A stretch of 64,000 nt of DNA from the human T2T-CHM13v2.0 reference genome, Homo sapiens. The notes below the pieces were generated by a model. The model had not been told where the DNA came from and ran no database searches. It saw only the letters and a list, made by a program, of their open reading frames with translations. Location: the NCBI RefSeq assembly GCF_009914755.1, contig NC_060936.1; one strand, given 5' to 3'. Positions 13,275 through 31,126 of this stretch are shown here, piece by piece. The translations under genes and the position numbers were made by a program. The stretch's first letter is position 1; each line of letters opens with the position of its first letter.

Positions 13275-14293
13275 ATGAGGAAAAACTGGGCAAAAAGGCT
13301 GAAAATTCCAAAAACCGGAATGCCTCTTCTCCTCCAAAGGATCACAACTCCTCACCAACAAGGGAACAAAACTGGATGGAGAATGAGTTTGATGAATTGA
13401 CAGAAGGCTTCAGAAAGTGGGTAATAATAAATTCCTTTGAGCCAAAGGAGCATAATCTAACCCAATGCAAGGAAGCTAAGAACCTTGAAAAAAGGTTAGA
13501 TGAATTGCTAACTAGAATAACCAGTTTAGTAAAGAATATAAATGACCTGATGGAGCTGAAAAACACAGCACGAGAACTTCGTGAAGCATACACAAGTATC
13601 AATAGCTGAATCGATCAAGCAGAAGAAAGGATATCAGAGATTGAAGACTAACTTAATGAAATAAAGCGAGAAGACAAGATTAGAGAAAAAAGAATGAAAA
13701 GGAACGAGCAAAGCCTCCAAGAAATGTGGGACTGTGTGAAAAGACCAAACCTATGTTTGATTGGTGTACCTGAAAGTGACGGGGAGAATGGAACCAAGTG
13801 GGAAAACACACTTCAGGATATTGTCCAGGAGAACTTCCCCAACATAGCAAGACAAACCAACATTCAAATTCAGAAAATACAGTGAACACCACCAAGATAC
13901 TCCTCGAGAAAAGCAACCCCAAGAAACATTAATTGGCAGATTCATCAAGGTTGAAATGAAGGGAAAAATGTTAAGGGCAGCCAGAGAGAAAAGTCTGGTT
14001 ACCCACAAAAGAAGCCCATCAGACTATCAACAGATCTCTGCAGAAATCCTGCAAGCCAGAAGAGAGTGGGAACCAATATTCAACATTCTTAAAGAAAAGA
14101 ATTTTCATACCAGAATTTCATATCCAGCCAAACTAAGCTTCATAAGTGAAGGAGAAATAAAATCCTTTACAGACAAGCAACTGCTGAGAGATTCTATCAG
14201 CACCAGGCCTGCCTACAAGAGCTCCCGAAGGAAACACTAAACATGGAAAGGAAAAACCGGTACCAGCTAGTACAAAAAAAATCCAAAATGTAA
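13275..14293 (+). pseudogene. Disrupted L1 ORF1p (RNA-binding chaperone) remnant
   Basis: ORF fragments MENEFDELTE..., MKRNEQSLQEMWDCVKRPNL..., ...ARREWEPIFNILKEKNF..ISYPAKLSF; broken by stops and frameshifts. Confidence 0.9.
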
Positions 14294-14356
14294 AGACCAT
14301 CAACACTATGAAGAAACTGCATCAACTAAAGGGCAAAATAAATAGCTCGCATCATA

Positions 14357-18520
<4,164 letters not shown>

Positions 18521-20019
18521 ACAATGAGAACACATGGGCACAGGGAGGGGAACATCACACACCAGAGCCTGTCAGGGGGTGGGGAGCAAGGGGAGAGATA
18601 GCATTAGGAGAAATACCTAATGTAGATGATGGGTTGATGGGTGCAGCAAACCACCATGGCACATGTATACCTATGTCATAAACCTGCATGTTCTACACAT
18701 GTATTTCAGAACTTAAAGTATAAAAAAAGTTTTACTTCTTTCTTTCCAAAAAAAAAAAGAATGCTAACCTCCAACACCCACTGTATATGTGTGGTGTCTA
18801 TTTACATGTGTTGACTTCTAGTGTGATTTATTTACTTAAGTTGACTTTCTGTGTAGCTTAATAATTAATGTGGTTATACATAAAATATACACATTTTGAA
18901 GAAAAATTTTCAAAGTCAATAACCCTATCTTCTTTGATTCTTAGACTCTTTTATTTTTAGGTTGTCTTTTGCACTTTCTTATTTTTTCCCCTTACAACAT
19001 AGAAACTCTGGCCTAATATAAAGTGCTTGATCCTTGCAAGTTACCAGCTTGCCCTTTTGTTGGCTGTCTCCTTTATGCAGCAATATAGAGAGAATACAAC
19101 CACAGTGAGCTAATTTTTACCTAATTTCCTTCTCCTGGGGAACAAGACAAGGGAATGTAGTTTGACCTCAATAAAACAAAATGGATTTGTACTAATGGCA
19201 TACTAGAGAAAATCCATTAAAGTCGTTTCAGATGATAAAAAAATTTGTTGAGATTTTTCAGACCATATTAAGGTTTTTAATAGAAATAACTTTAATTTTC
19301 TTATCATTGAAATAAAATTAAAGTGCAATTTTTTCTCATTTATCTGGCTGGAAAAAAGTGCAAAGGTTTGAGTTAACTGATCTACCGAGCTGAACACACA
19401 CAAATACAAGTGAAGCTTTTGAAGATGCTAGGGCAATTTATCCAAGACACAGATTCATCTAAGGCCATTCTGTATTAGTACTTTTTGAACCTAAAGAAGC
19501 AGTATATTGGGGAAGGAAGAGTCATACTTTAGGACTAAGGTTTCTTAGAGGTCCCAGATAAAAGCAAGCAAACAAACATGTAAATATTGGTCATATTTTG
19601 TAAGATGAGGGGATAAGATAATTAGAAAGAAATACTTTGTGGTCGTTGCCACTGGGGGACATTTTAATGGATTTTTCTATTCAGTGGGAGATAAAGTTCA
19701 TATTTAGCTCCCTTTCTCCTGCCGAAGAGAATGTTTCAAGCACCCTCTACTTACTACAGGGCAGGAAAGCACATGAGGCCAACTCACAGCAGAGGATGTC
19801 AGACTTAGAGAAAAGCCATTCCTGGTTAATAACTAATTCGTGGCAGGCATTTTACGAAGCACAATGGTTGGAGAAAATATTCTTAGGAATAATAAACAAA
19901 TACATTAATTATAAGTCGAATCAACTTTCAGCAAGTCCATAAATAGAGATTGAAAATAATATCTTTGATGCAAAGAAATAACATCTCAGAGGAATGTGGG
20001 GTCAGGAGATGTGGACACT

Positions 20020-20180
20020 ATGGCCGAAACTGGCTAGCTATTTCAAATTTTCTTTTTTTTTTTTTTTTTTGGTATTTTGCTTTTCTAAACTTCCTAACCC
20101 CCCTTGCATGTGACTGAGTTATGACCAATGGAATGTGAGAAAAGAGACACAGGCCACTTTCAGGCCTTGGCCCATACCTA
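20020..20180 (+). mobile_element. MLT1-type LTR fragment
   Basis: catgtgactgagttatgaccaatggaatgtgag...gccactttcaggccttggccc. Confidence 0.5.
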
Positions 20181-20649
20181 TCTCAAGAGAGCCTTTAGGG
20201 TGTACAAACAGGATATTTATTGGGCCTGAGCACAAAGGCAAGTCAGAGGAAAATATGTTTTCATACACAGGTTTATAAATATTTTCCTTCAAGTCCAAAT
20301 GTTGAAGCAACCTTTGTGCTACGGGCATTTTTGAATGTGAGATTGAGCTTTTGCTGCTTGAAAGGAAGAATGAGTCATTTTAAACAAATGACCTAGCAAA
20401 ACACCAGGGATCTTGATATAGAATCATCAAATCAACTTGTACCTGACTACTTTGCTCTCCAACAAAATTGCATAATTTTTCTTCTTTAAAGCCAATATTA
20501 ATTAGATTTCCCTTTGACTTCTGTTAGTGTTCTCCTCCAATGTCTTTACTGGAAAGAAACATTTCTCTATATCTTGTAATTTTCCTTGCATAGGATTTCC
20601 ACACTGAAGTTTGTTCTTTATGTAGGTTAAAGAACATAAAAACTTTAAA

Positions 20650-21560
20650 ACTTTTAGTTTCTTGAATAAATATATGTATTGAACACTATGTGACAGAGGA
20701 TGTACTGATGAGCACAAAAAAGTTATGGTTTTTGCCTTATGGAATGGGGAAGATGATATTCATCAAAGAATCACACAAATATAGTAAAATTACTACTTTG
20801 ATCAGTGTAGTTAAGGAGAAACAAATGACAAAATGAGACCTGATAAGACCTGGTATATTAGTCCATTCTCATGTGGCTAATAAAGACATACCTGAGACCG
20901 GGTAATTTATAAAGGAAAGAAGTTTAATAGACTCACAGTTCCATATGGCTGGGGAGGCCTCACAATCATGGCAGAGGATGAAGGAAGAGCAAAGTCACAT
21001 CTTACATAGTGGCAGGCCAGAGAGCTTGTACAGGGGAACTCTCATTTCTAAAACCATCAGATCTCATGATACTTATTCACTACCAGGAGAACAGTATGGG
21101 GAAAATTGCTTTCATGATTTAATTATCTCCACCTGGCCCTGCCCTTGACACGTGGGGATTATTACAATTCAAGGTGAGATGTGGGTGGGGACACAGCCAA
21201 ACCATATCACCTGGTAAGAGCTTTCCTGAGGAACATGATCATGGAGCTGGAATTTAATGGAAGAGTATCCTTAACCAATTAAAGAGTAGTGTACCTCTGG
21301 GGGTAAGAAGTGGGGATAGATTTTCAGCATATTAGAAATACCTATGGTAGGTAGAAGCAAAGACTGTGGAGAAATCAGAAGTAGGCAGGTATGGGGTATG
21401 GTGGATCACAGAGAATTGGGGAAGGAACAGCAAGATGTCCTTGAAGGGAAGGAGATTGTGAGAGCATGTGGTACCAAGGTGTAGAGGCACAGGTTTGTTT
21501 TTTTCCCCCAATAATAATGAAAAGCCATTGACATAATTAAGAAGGGATTTGAAGTTGGAA
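20650..21560 (-). mobile_element. L2 fragment interrupted by THE1
   Basis: aaatatatgtattgaacactatgtgacagagga... reverse L2 tail and purine-rich body. Confidence 0.55.
20854..21209 (-). mobile_element. THE1 solo LTR (THE1C-like)
   Basis: tatattagtccattctc...ggacacagccaaaccatatca; 5-bp TSD CCTGG at 20849-20853 and 21210-21214. Confidence 0.92.
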
Positions 21561-23049
21561 GGTCCATTTAGAATGATATAATTTGTCTTTGGCTTATTTT
21601 TTTCAGTTCAAGTTAATACTTATCGGAAAATTAATTATGGTATTTTCTGTCATTACATACAGGGAAACACATTAAAGTATCCAAATAGGAGCTATGCAAG
21701 ACATCAAAAATAGGGTCAATTTTACTCTCCACAGGAACACGAGTATTGTGTTTTCAGAAACAATAGGATTCTGAATTGAAGGATGAATGCACAATTTGCA
21801 CATAATGAAACCTTCTCCCAAACAGAGAGAAATCAGCCTATTCTAAAGGTATTAATTGCTTCTGTGAAGGGACCTTTGAGGTCTTTTTATTATTATTTTG
21901 CATAAGATCTTTCAGCTTGATGAGAGACTGAGTGTTGGATCTAAAAAACACTTTGAAGATGGTAATATTATATTCCCAGTGGATTGCAAGCCACAGTTTC
22001 CATTAAATTATGTAAAATGACATATCAGAGAAGCCTACTGTTCAGAGTGATCTATACCCACAGATTAAATTTTTAAAATCTGTTCATGTGCAGTAGAGAA
22101 AAGGGATTGAATCATGAATTGTTGATATTTCACACCCAAGAAAATGCACTTTTAATTTATCAGTTGCCTAAATGGAATGAAAATGTAAGCAGGGATTGGA
22201 ATCTTATGATGCATGATTTCTACTTAGGAAGAGAAAGTAGAGGGCTTCATTTCTTTGAGAGTTTCAGCCTTAGCAAAGGACTTTGGTTGATATCAGGGAC
22301 AATGACCTGGCAAAATGAATGTCTTCAAATCTAATGCCTAAAACCATACAAACAGGTGACAATGCTTGGGAACACCACAGCAATAAGATTAACAAAGAAC
22401 CAAAGAGAAGAGCCTGACACTATCAGGGACCATCTGGAATTGTGTGCATAAACAAGAGGTGATTGATCTTCTTTTACTTATTTTTTGAACATTTGTTTAT
22501 GTGTGTGGTGCATAGTTTGTTTTCTTCTTCTTATTCCCTAAACTAATTTATATGTCCACATTCTGTTTTTCCTCAAATGCTGTTATCATATATGCAAATA
22601 AGGTGCTTATATTTTTCATGTAAATGATTTTTCAGAACTTCTATCCATTACCCCACAAAGAGTGAAAATCTGGTTTTTAAGCCTGTGCTATTTGAGAAGG
22701 GGAATGTGTTCAAAGTCACCTTTGGATTAGCTTTTAGTTTCTTGACAGACTTTATCCCAAGGGACCTTTTACTCATTAGTCACAGTAGGTTCTCTCCTGC
22801 ATTCAAGGACTCAGAACTCTCTCTTTGGTAATATAAGGTATTGTCAGATAAAATTTCTGTTCTTTTCCTTTAAAGGTTTGTATTGAGCATAGACCGATGG
22901 AATCCTAGCCTTTCTGAATTGAACAAAATCTTAGAGGTTATCTTGTCCAGTCTTCTGGTTTTAAAAATGAGGAAAATAAGGTTTTAGTATATACTGCCTA
23001 ATGAAAAGACCTGTGATCCTGAAGCCAAAAGACTTGGCTTGGATCCACC

Positions 23050-23220
23050 CACCCATTCATTCATTCATTCAGTCATTCACCATCGACTGTCTGCCTGGGT
23101 TTTAGTCTGCAGGATGCTTGGCAGTGAGGGTATTAAAGCAAGAAGGTAATAGTCTCTCTTTTCCAGAAGCCAAAAACTAAGGGATGAGAAAGACACACTA
23201 ATCTGGGTGATCCTAGACAA
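23050..23220 (-). mobile_element. L2 3' fragment
   Basis: (cattc)n reverse tail followed by L2-like body. Confidence 0.5.
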
Positions 23221-23619
23221 ATAAGGGAAACAGAGAGATTCTGTTTCCTTGTCTTTTAATTGGCAGTAACAGTAATAGTAACAATAACAATCTCCTAGGG
23301 TCAAACTGAGGAGGTGGGAAAAAAAAAAATGAGGTTGACATAAAGCTCCTTTTGGGTATCCCAGATAGGTAACTAAGAAGCATCTGCTTAACAAAGTCTT
23401 TTTTTCCCCCCCGAAACAAGGGGTGGAGCTGAAAAATATACTTGGGAAAGATCTCTAGGGAAAAGCTGGTGGTCTTTCACCCTCCTCTTCCACAGTGAAT
23501 AGAGAAGAGATTGCCACTGTGTTGTGAATCTCTCCCGTTTTTTGCCTCTTGTCTCTTGCCAATGGTTAGAGCTGGGGTTACTTCAGTGCTTTGGAAGTTT
23601 CTTTAGGAAGAAGACCATT

Positions 23620-23780
23620 GGTTTTGCTGTAGAGGGAATGGAGCTGGGTTTGAATTCTGGTTGCACTTATCAGCTGTTTGACTTTGGGCAATATTTAGTA
23701 TTTCCTGAAATCTGTTTGCTATCATAAAATGGGGTATTGGAGCATCTGCATGCTTTGGCTAGAAGAGATAGATACGTGAA
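23620..23780 (+). mobile_element. MIR
   Basis: gagctgggtttgaattctgg...cacttatcagctgtttgactttgggcaa...ataaaatgggg. Confidence 0.7.
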
Positions 23781-23869
23781 TTATTTCTCTTAGCCCTGCC
23801 AGTAACTCTCTTTTATTTAGCTGGGGTCGATTTGAGAGAAGGCCTAAAATATCATCTGATACTTCTTAA

Positions 23870-24432
23870 ATTTCCACCAGCTATGGAGTATAAAATTACA
23901 CAAACATTGGGAAATTCTTCTCCTATGAAATAAATACACACTCCCTTATGATCCAGATTGATCCCCCCGCAAATAAAAGTATGTTCACACAAAAACTTCA
24001 CATGAATGTTCAGAGGAGCTTTATTCACAATATCCTTAAACTGGAAACAACCCAAATTCACCTGCCTATCAACAGGATAGAATGGATAAACAAATGGTAT
24101 ATCCATACAATGGTATACTATTAGACAGTAAAAAGTAAAATACTGACTGCATTTGAAACAACATAGATGAATCTCAGACATACGGTATTAAGTGGGAAAA
24201 ATAGACACAAAAAAGTACTGTATGATGCCATCTATATGAACTTCCACAACAGGAAAAACTGATTTCTGCTGATAGAAATCAGAATAGTGGTTGTTTCTGG
24301 GAAGTTTAGAATGGACTGGAAGCAGGCATGAGGGAGCTTTTTGGGGTGGTTGTATGAATGGATATCATATCATCAAATTTTATACTTAAGATTTGTGCAT
24401 TTTCTTGTATTTCAAGTTTACTTCAATAAAAA
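23870..24432 (+). mobile_element. Old L1M (L1MD/ME-like) 3' end
   Basis: gaatgttcagaggagctttattcacaata...aaactggaaacaacccaaat...atggataaacaaatggtatatccatacaatgg...cttcaataaaaa. Confidence 0.85.
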
Positions 24433-24699
24433 TACGTCCACCAATGAAAGACCCATTCAGCTTGGCAAGTTAAAGCTTCTGGAAGAATAAGCAGGAAGCA
24501 TAGAAATCATTCTTGTCTTTTGCGTGAATTAGCTTAATCAATTGCTGTCTTGACAAAGAGAAATCTGTTTACAGCAACCTGAGAATTGGAGAATTATGCT
24601 GAAACTCTAAAAACAAATATTTTCAATATATACATATATGGATCTAGAGATCAGCCTAAGACATATTTGCAGTAGTGGGTCTCATCTGAGAAGTGTGTG

Positions 24700-25161
24700 T
24701 GTTCGCCAGGAGAATGAGCTTCTCATATTGCCAATTGCAGGGAGCATCATTGACTAAGGACTCCAATTGCTGGACTCTGAAATTCATCACCCAGTTTGTG
24801 CTGAGGCCACATTTCCCACAGCATGCGCCTGCCAATGACTGGGCGCAGCTGGGTTACTGAGGCAGACCTGTCCAATTAGAGATGAGGGCTTCCTTTGAGA
24901 GGCAACTTTGGCTTGAGGACTTCTCGCCTTCCACTATCTCTATCCCCACAGCCTCACCAAACGTTCTTAGAATGTACTAGACACTAAGATACATCCATCC
25001 AATCTTCCTCTCTCTCTCCTTCACTTGTGGTCAGACCTGCATCAAGATCTGACTGTCCTCCCAGCTTCTGCCCCTTTTCTCTTGCAGGTAGATCCCTGGT
25101 GCATGTCTTACATGTATCATTCTGTTTTGGTATTTGCTTCTTGAAGGATCTGACTGAAAAC
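24700..25161 (+). mobile_element. ERVL LTR16-like solo LTR
   Basis: gctgaggccacatttccc...gccaatgactg...ggtcagacctgcatc...ttggtatttgcttcttgaaggatctgactgaaaaca. Confidence 0.7.
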
Positions 25162-27251
25162 ATGTGTGTGCAATGTGCGTGTGTGGGTGGAGGGAGGGAA
25201 TCAGAATCAGGCCACATTTTCTAACCACACCCAACCCTCTTGTCCATCTTTGCTGGACACTCATGGGCGTGCAGCAGCCATAGCATTCAGGCACCTTGGC
25301 AAGATTACAAAACATTTGCTAGGCCTTCTCATGCTCCTTTTTATAATAAATCTATAGCAAAAAGCACAAAGCAGCTGTAGCCCAGGAACAGTTCTAGTGC
25401 CATTCGTAATATTAATACTTGTGATACTACTACATATCATGATACTATTAGAACTAAACCTTCACTGCTTTGAATCTTGCCTAATTTCTTTCAGGCCCTG
25501 TGTTAGTTCCTAAAGTTGTAATGTGCAGCTTTATTATGATCTAGTATAAATCTGAATCTGACCTACGAATATCTTTAGATTTTTTTCTTTAATAGGTAAG
25601 ATCATTAACAACCTTACCCTTAAAAATCAAAGTAATGGTAAGAGTTGAGTGATCTCTCAAAATATATCATAGAGAATGCTGCGAATATTTTATCTTTGAA
25701 GGAAGAGATTTGTCATTTGGAATCTGATTTTAAGAAGATACATTATTTTGCTCTGAGAATAAAACTAAAAAGGCATTTACAAAGTTTGATTGAGCTGACT
25801 ATGATACACAGGACATTAAGGGCAAGATTTGCTGAATATTATTCATTAGCAATATATTTTTTAAAATAGGCTTCTTTTACCATGTAGTGAGATGTTGCCT
25901 ACTGGGTCTAAAAAATGTAAAATCTACTCAGAAGATTTGGCATAGGTTAGGGTTAATCTTGTCAGAGACTGTGGTCTAATACAAAAATGTGAGAACTTTA
26001 TGATTAAGTAAGAATGATTTGTGCTTTGGTGAAAAGGGCTTTCTTTAAAGGGAGACTTCAGTATACATAAAATATTTCCGAAAAGATCCGCTTAAAGCTA
26101 TTAACACAGATTGCTTCCCAGGACTGGGACAGAGACTTGGGCTTGGTAGGAAACTTACTGTTTGCATCCTATGCCCCTACATGCTGTTTAAACAAATTTC
26201 AAACCATGTGACTATGTTACCTTTTAATAAATAAAAAATGTTCAGATAAAATCTAGGACATGTGACAAAAGATATAATAAGGATATAATTTGGAGAATAC
26301 AGCTTACGGTTGTAAATGAATATAAGAAAAATAAGCAAGTGACTGGCCATCTTCATGTGAGCCTTTGGAAGGCAGAGTATGACTACTGCAAGAGAAATCA
26401 AGAAGGAGATTGTTCAGTTATGATATATTTAAAAAGGCTTTTTATACACATCATGGTTGTAATTCTATAAGTGAGTCATTTGGTGTCAGCTGGTGATTCA
26501 TAACTTACTGGATATTCTGGTTAAAATGTCAACATCGCTTAGAATGAAAATGCAGAGGTATCAAATAATCAAATGTAATATTTTAGGGGAAATCAGCAGA
26601 CCATTACTCTGTGACCAAGCTCTGTTAAGTGAGCATTATCTCATGGTGTTTTTGCAGAATCAGTCTTGGTATATGAGAGTGTGATTAATATTGTGCACTA
26701 TGAAAGCTAATGCTCTATATTTTTGTTCATGGCTCTATAACCACAGATTTTTAAAAAATTAACATGCAACACATACAGGGAGGAATTTTAAAGGACACTT
26801 ACACATTGAGAAGGAACTTTATTATATGGCTTTATGGAGTTCTATGTTTGTTTTCTTTCACCGGGTGTCAGAAAATCTTGTTGATATTAGAAGCCTACAG
26901 CTGAGTTTTAAAAAAATCAACATAAGGATTTGAAAATCCAGCTATGTTCTCTTTTGCTTTTCAATTTCCCACCAGAATTCCCTGTAAATTTTATGGTTCA
27001 TACAGCAGGAGGCAAGTCAGGTGGTTCTTTTCACCATTCTGCAACAGACCCAGTGGAGGAAGGTCCTGAACATAGACTCAAAGGTTATTTTAGTAAATCT
27101 GTAACTCACTGACTTTAGCAAATTTGCCCTTAATCTCTGTGTCTCATATTCTGACTTGTATCCTCCTATTTTCTAGAACATTTATGAACTTAATGTGATG
27201 ATAGATTATCCAGAAAGTGTTTTGACTTCTTAGGAAAAACAGTATGATCTA

Positions 27252-27662
27252 TGTAGTGAGTTGAATGGTGGCTCCCCAAAAAACACCTCTAACTGGACCA
27301 CCTAGAAACTGTGATGAGACTTTCTTTGTAAGATGAGATCATGCTGGATTCTTTGGTGGGTCCTACACTCAATGACAAGTATCCTTATAAGAGACAGAAG
27401 AGGCAGGGACACAGAAGAGAAGTCCATGTGAAAATGGAGGCAGAGATTCGAGTTATCCAGCCACAAGCCAAGGAAACCCTGGAGTCACCAGAAGCTGGGA
27501 GAGGCAAGGAAGGATTCCCCTCTGGAGCTTTTGGAGGGAATGTGGCCCTGCTGACACCTTGATTTCACTCTGTCCTCCAAAACTGTGAAGAAAAAAACAT
27601 CTCTTGTTTTAAGCCACCAAGTTTGTGGTAATTTGTTACAGCAACTACAGAAAACTAATACA
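27252..27662 (+). mobile_element. MLT1C-like MaLR LTR
   Basis: tgtagtgagttgaatggtggctcccc...ccagaagctgggagaggcaagga...ttttaagccaccaagtttgtggtaatttgttacagca...aactaataca. Confidence 0.88.
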
Positions 27663-27780
27663 CTTTGATTCGAAGTACTCATTGCTATCTGACCTTAAAT
27701 CATATGATCAAGCACAGGAAAGTTATTTATGAAAAGTTATATAGGTACTAGTATATATAGTATATAAGGGGGCGGGGGTG

Positions 27781-28096
27781 AGCCGGGCGCAGTGGCTCAC
27801 GCCTGTAATCCCAGCACTTTGGGAGGCCGAGGTGGGAGGAATGCTTGAGACCAAGAGTTCACGACCAGTCTGGGTAACATGGCAAAACCCTGTCTTCATA
27901 AAAAATACAAAAATTAGCTGGGCATGGTGGCATGCACCTGTAGTCCCAGCTACTCAGGAGGCTGAGGTGGGAGGATCACTTGAGCCCAGGAAGTTGAGCT
28001 GCAGTGAGCCATGATTGCACCACTGCACTCCAGCCTGGGCAACAGGAATGAGACCCTGTCTCAAAAAAAAAAAAAAAAAAAAAAAGAAAAGAAAAA
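27781..28096 (+). mobile_element. AluJ
   Basis: Full dimer with ggaggatcacttgagcccagga and gagaccctgtctc, plus A tail. Confidence 0.92.
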
Positions 28097-28112
28097 GTGG
28101 TGTGATTTATGA

Positions 28113-28326
28113 CAGATTCTCAGCTGGGGGCAATTTTGTCCCCCAAGAGACATTTGGCAATATCTAGAGGCATTTTTCTTGTCACAATATAGGGGGATGT
28201 GCTACTAGCATCTGGTGGCTAAAGCCAGGGATGCTCTAAACATCCCACAATGCATAGGGAAGTTCCCCTAAAACAAAGAATTATCCAGTCTATAAAGTCA
28301 ATAGTGCTGAGGTTGAGAAATCCTTG
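28113..28326. mobile_element. MER20 (hAT-Charlie)
   Basis: ttctcagctgggggcaattttgtccccca...gacatttggcaatatctagagg...gtcaatagtgctgaggttgagaaa. Confidence 0.88.
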
Positions 28327-28339
28327 TGCACGAGAAAGC

Positions 28340-28550
28340 CTATAGCACTGTGTGATTAAAACCTTAGCTCTGCCATGAATTTGTGAGCAAGACAATTTAT
28401 CCTGGGAAGTAAACCTTTTGAAGCTTTAGTTTTCTCATCTGTAAAACACGTTGATACCTGCCAGGCCTTTTTAAAGTTTCAAAAAGATAAAGTCGGTCAA
28501 GGAATTTTATACTTTAAGAATCCTTTAATAGTAACAACATGATTTCATTA
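28340..28550 (+). mobile_element. MIR fragment
   Basis: agctctgcca...agttttctcatctgtaaaa core. Confidence 0.55.
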
Positions 28551-28859
28551 TTACTATTCCTATGTCTTTAATGCAAACAAAAGCAAATCTTTGATTTTTA
28601 GTTAATATCGTAGGAAGTCCACAATAGCGAAGTTCACTGAGCCACAGGGGAGCCACTTTTATACTTTTATGGTTATTATCTCCCATAGAATAGTTCTCAG
28701 AAATTTCATGAGTATTATTGTTTAATGATGTTTTTCAGTGGCAAGGATACTCTGGAGGTACTCATAAAGTTTCTCTGGGGAGCTTATAGTTTATGTCAGA
28801 TAAATAACAAAATCGAAGCCAAATGGAGAGTTGAAATTTTAAAGTAATACGCACGGTAA

Positions 28860-29062
28860 AAGCAGGGCTAGCACTATGTAGCCTTTACAGTGATTTTGGT
28901 ATTTTTTTTCCTAATGGTTATTACAACAACCCCATGAAGCTAGTTGACAAGTGCTGTCTTCATTTGACTTAGGGGCAAACTGAAGCCCAGAGCAGCAAAT
29001 GTGCTTAGACAGCAAATGGCAGGGCTATGATTAGAACTCAGATGTTCTGCTTGTTCCACTAC
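28860..29062 (-). mobile_element. MIR fragment
   Basis: acaacaaccccatgaag...aaactgaagcccagag...attagaactcaga. Confidence 0.6.
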
Positions 29063-29485
29063 GAGGCGTCTGCAAACACCAGCACGTTGAAATAGGGTTT
29101 TAGTAATGATCACTGGAGTATGTCATGAAAAGTGAATATTTATTTGAAACTCAAAGGCAAAAATTCTTTGATAGGCATTTCTAGGAAGAAAATTTTAGTT
29201 ATAATACAGAATGTGAGAATTAAACTTGTTTCAGAAGCAGGCTGGGAAAATTCCTATGATGCTCAATCCCAGGCCTTCATCTAAGAATTTTTATTGAACA
29301 CCTAAAGTATAGAAAATGGTGTTCTAAATGCTGTAGGAAGGGCAGAGGCGAGAAGAAATAAACATGATGTGTAATTCAGAAGGGTTGTATACTAAGAGAA
29401 AAACAAATCTTTTAAATCAATTTATGCCAAAATGTAATGGCATATATTGATTATTGATTAGTGGCAAAGAAGGAATACATTAAAG

Positions 29486-29874
29486 CAGGGGTTCCCAACC
29501 CTCAGGCCACAGACTGGTACTGGTTTGTGGTCTGTTAGGAACTGGGCCGCACAGCAGGTGAGCAGCAAGTGAGAGAGAGAGTGAAGCTTCATCTGTATTT
29601 CCAGTCGCTCCCCATCACTCACATTACCACCTGAGCTCTGCCTCCTGTCAGATGAGTTGTGGCATTAGCTCCTCACAGGAGCATGAATCCTATTGTGAAC
29701 TATGCATGTGAGGGATCTAGTTTGCATACCGCTTATGAGAATCTAATGCCTGATGATCTGAAGTGAAACAGTTTCACCCCAAAACAGCCCCTCTGCCACC
29801 ATGCCCCACATGTCCGTGGGAAAATAGTCTTCCATGAAACTGGTCCCTGGTACCAAAAAGGTTGGGGACTGCTG
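29486..29874. mobile_element. MER1 (MER1B-like with a MER1A segment), hAT-Charlie
   Basis: caggggttcccaacc...aaaaaggttggggactgctg TIRs; 8-bp TSD CATTAAAG / CATCAAAG. Confidence 0.92.
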
Positions 29875-30189
29875 CATCAAAGAGACAATTTACCAAAAAT
29901 AAGATTCATTCAATACTAGTCCATTGAGACAGTTCTTTAAAAAGTGAGGGGTTCTTTTTTGGTGAAACAAGTATGGAGAAGACATTGTATCCACTGATTC
30001 TAAAATGGTGTGTGTGTGTATGTGTGTGCGTGTGAGTGTGTCTATAAGCAGCAGGTGTGACATAGCTGTACTTGTCTACATATCAGTGAACATAGTTATT
30101 ATTCTTGGAATAATGAAAACTTCTGGATGCTTCAGTCACTTTACAGACCATTTGAGTCCTTGCCTGATCTCTGGAAACTTCTTTGACAT

Positions 30190-30620
30190 CTTCTAGTCAA
30201 GAAAGTGCCAATATCAAAACTTCCATAATAGATACAAGTAGCTTGAGATGATATTATAGGGACCATAGTAAAACACTCTTAAATATTGTGTCAGCAGTGC
30301 TCTTGATGACACCAAAAAATATTGTATAAAAAATGATAGCGAATCTTAGTTTGAAAAGTTATTCAGAGAGTCAGATTCTAAATGTGAAATTTTGTTAATA
30401 CTGTAATCAATTACCTTTGCCTTTTTATATATGCATGTGGCTGATACACAACGAAACTCTACCTATAAGTTTGCAGCACTGTCAGTATTTAAAAAATTAT
30501 AAATGACTAATAAAACATCATGTCATATTTGGTATTATTATTTCTTACTTAACAATACTCAAAATGATATATCTTAATAGTATTATATGACAATTTAAAT
30601 TCAATGAATATATTTACCTC
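30190..30620. mobile_element. Degraded TcMar DNA-transposon fragment (Kanga-like)
   Basis: gctcttgatgacacc...atattgtataaaaa...tgaaaagttattcagagagtcagattctaaatgtgaa resembles a recalled Kanga consensus. Confidence 0.4.
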
Positions 30621-31126
30621 TTGTAATGCATGGAAGGATATATACCTCTACATATCAGCATACAGAAATGCTAATAATTATGATATTAGAGGCCCTAAGT
30701 TTTACAGTAGAGAAGTAGATTAATTTTTATATACATTTTATGATAATCCTTCTACTATAAAACGTATGTCTTGTATGACTTAATTTTATATTTCTAATAT
30801 CAGTTCATAATACAACTTTCATAAAGACATGCAATATATGCCTACATTAGAACTATGTTAACTTCTAAAACTGTTTTTGAGATAAATATTTACTTTCTTT
30901 AAATAAGAAGGATTATTTTAATTATTTTCAAAGGCAGGTACTCTAATCAACCAACATTATTCATGTCCTTAACTTACTATAGGTCAGTTCATAATAAATT
31001 AGGCATTTGAAAGAAATTCTTTGAAATTAGATTTCAAAGATTAAATAATTTGATTAAAATTATTTTAATTAGATTACCACTTGACTGAAATAAACAACAT
31101 ATGTGTTAGAGTAGCAATAGCACTTA

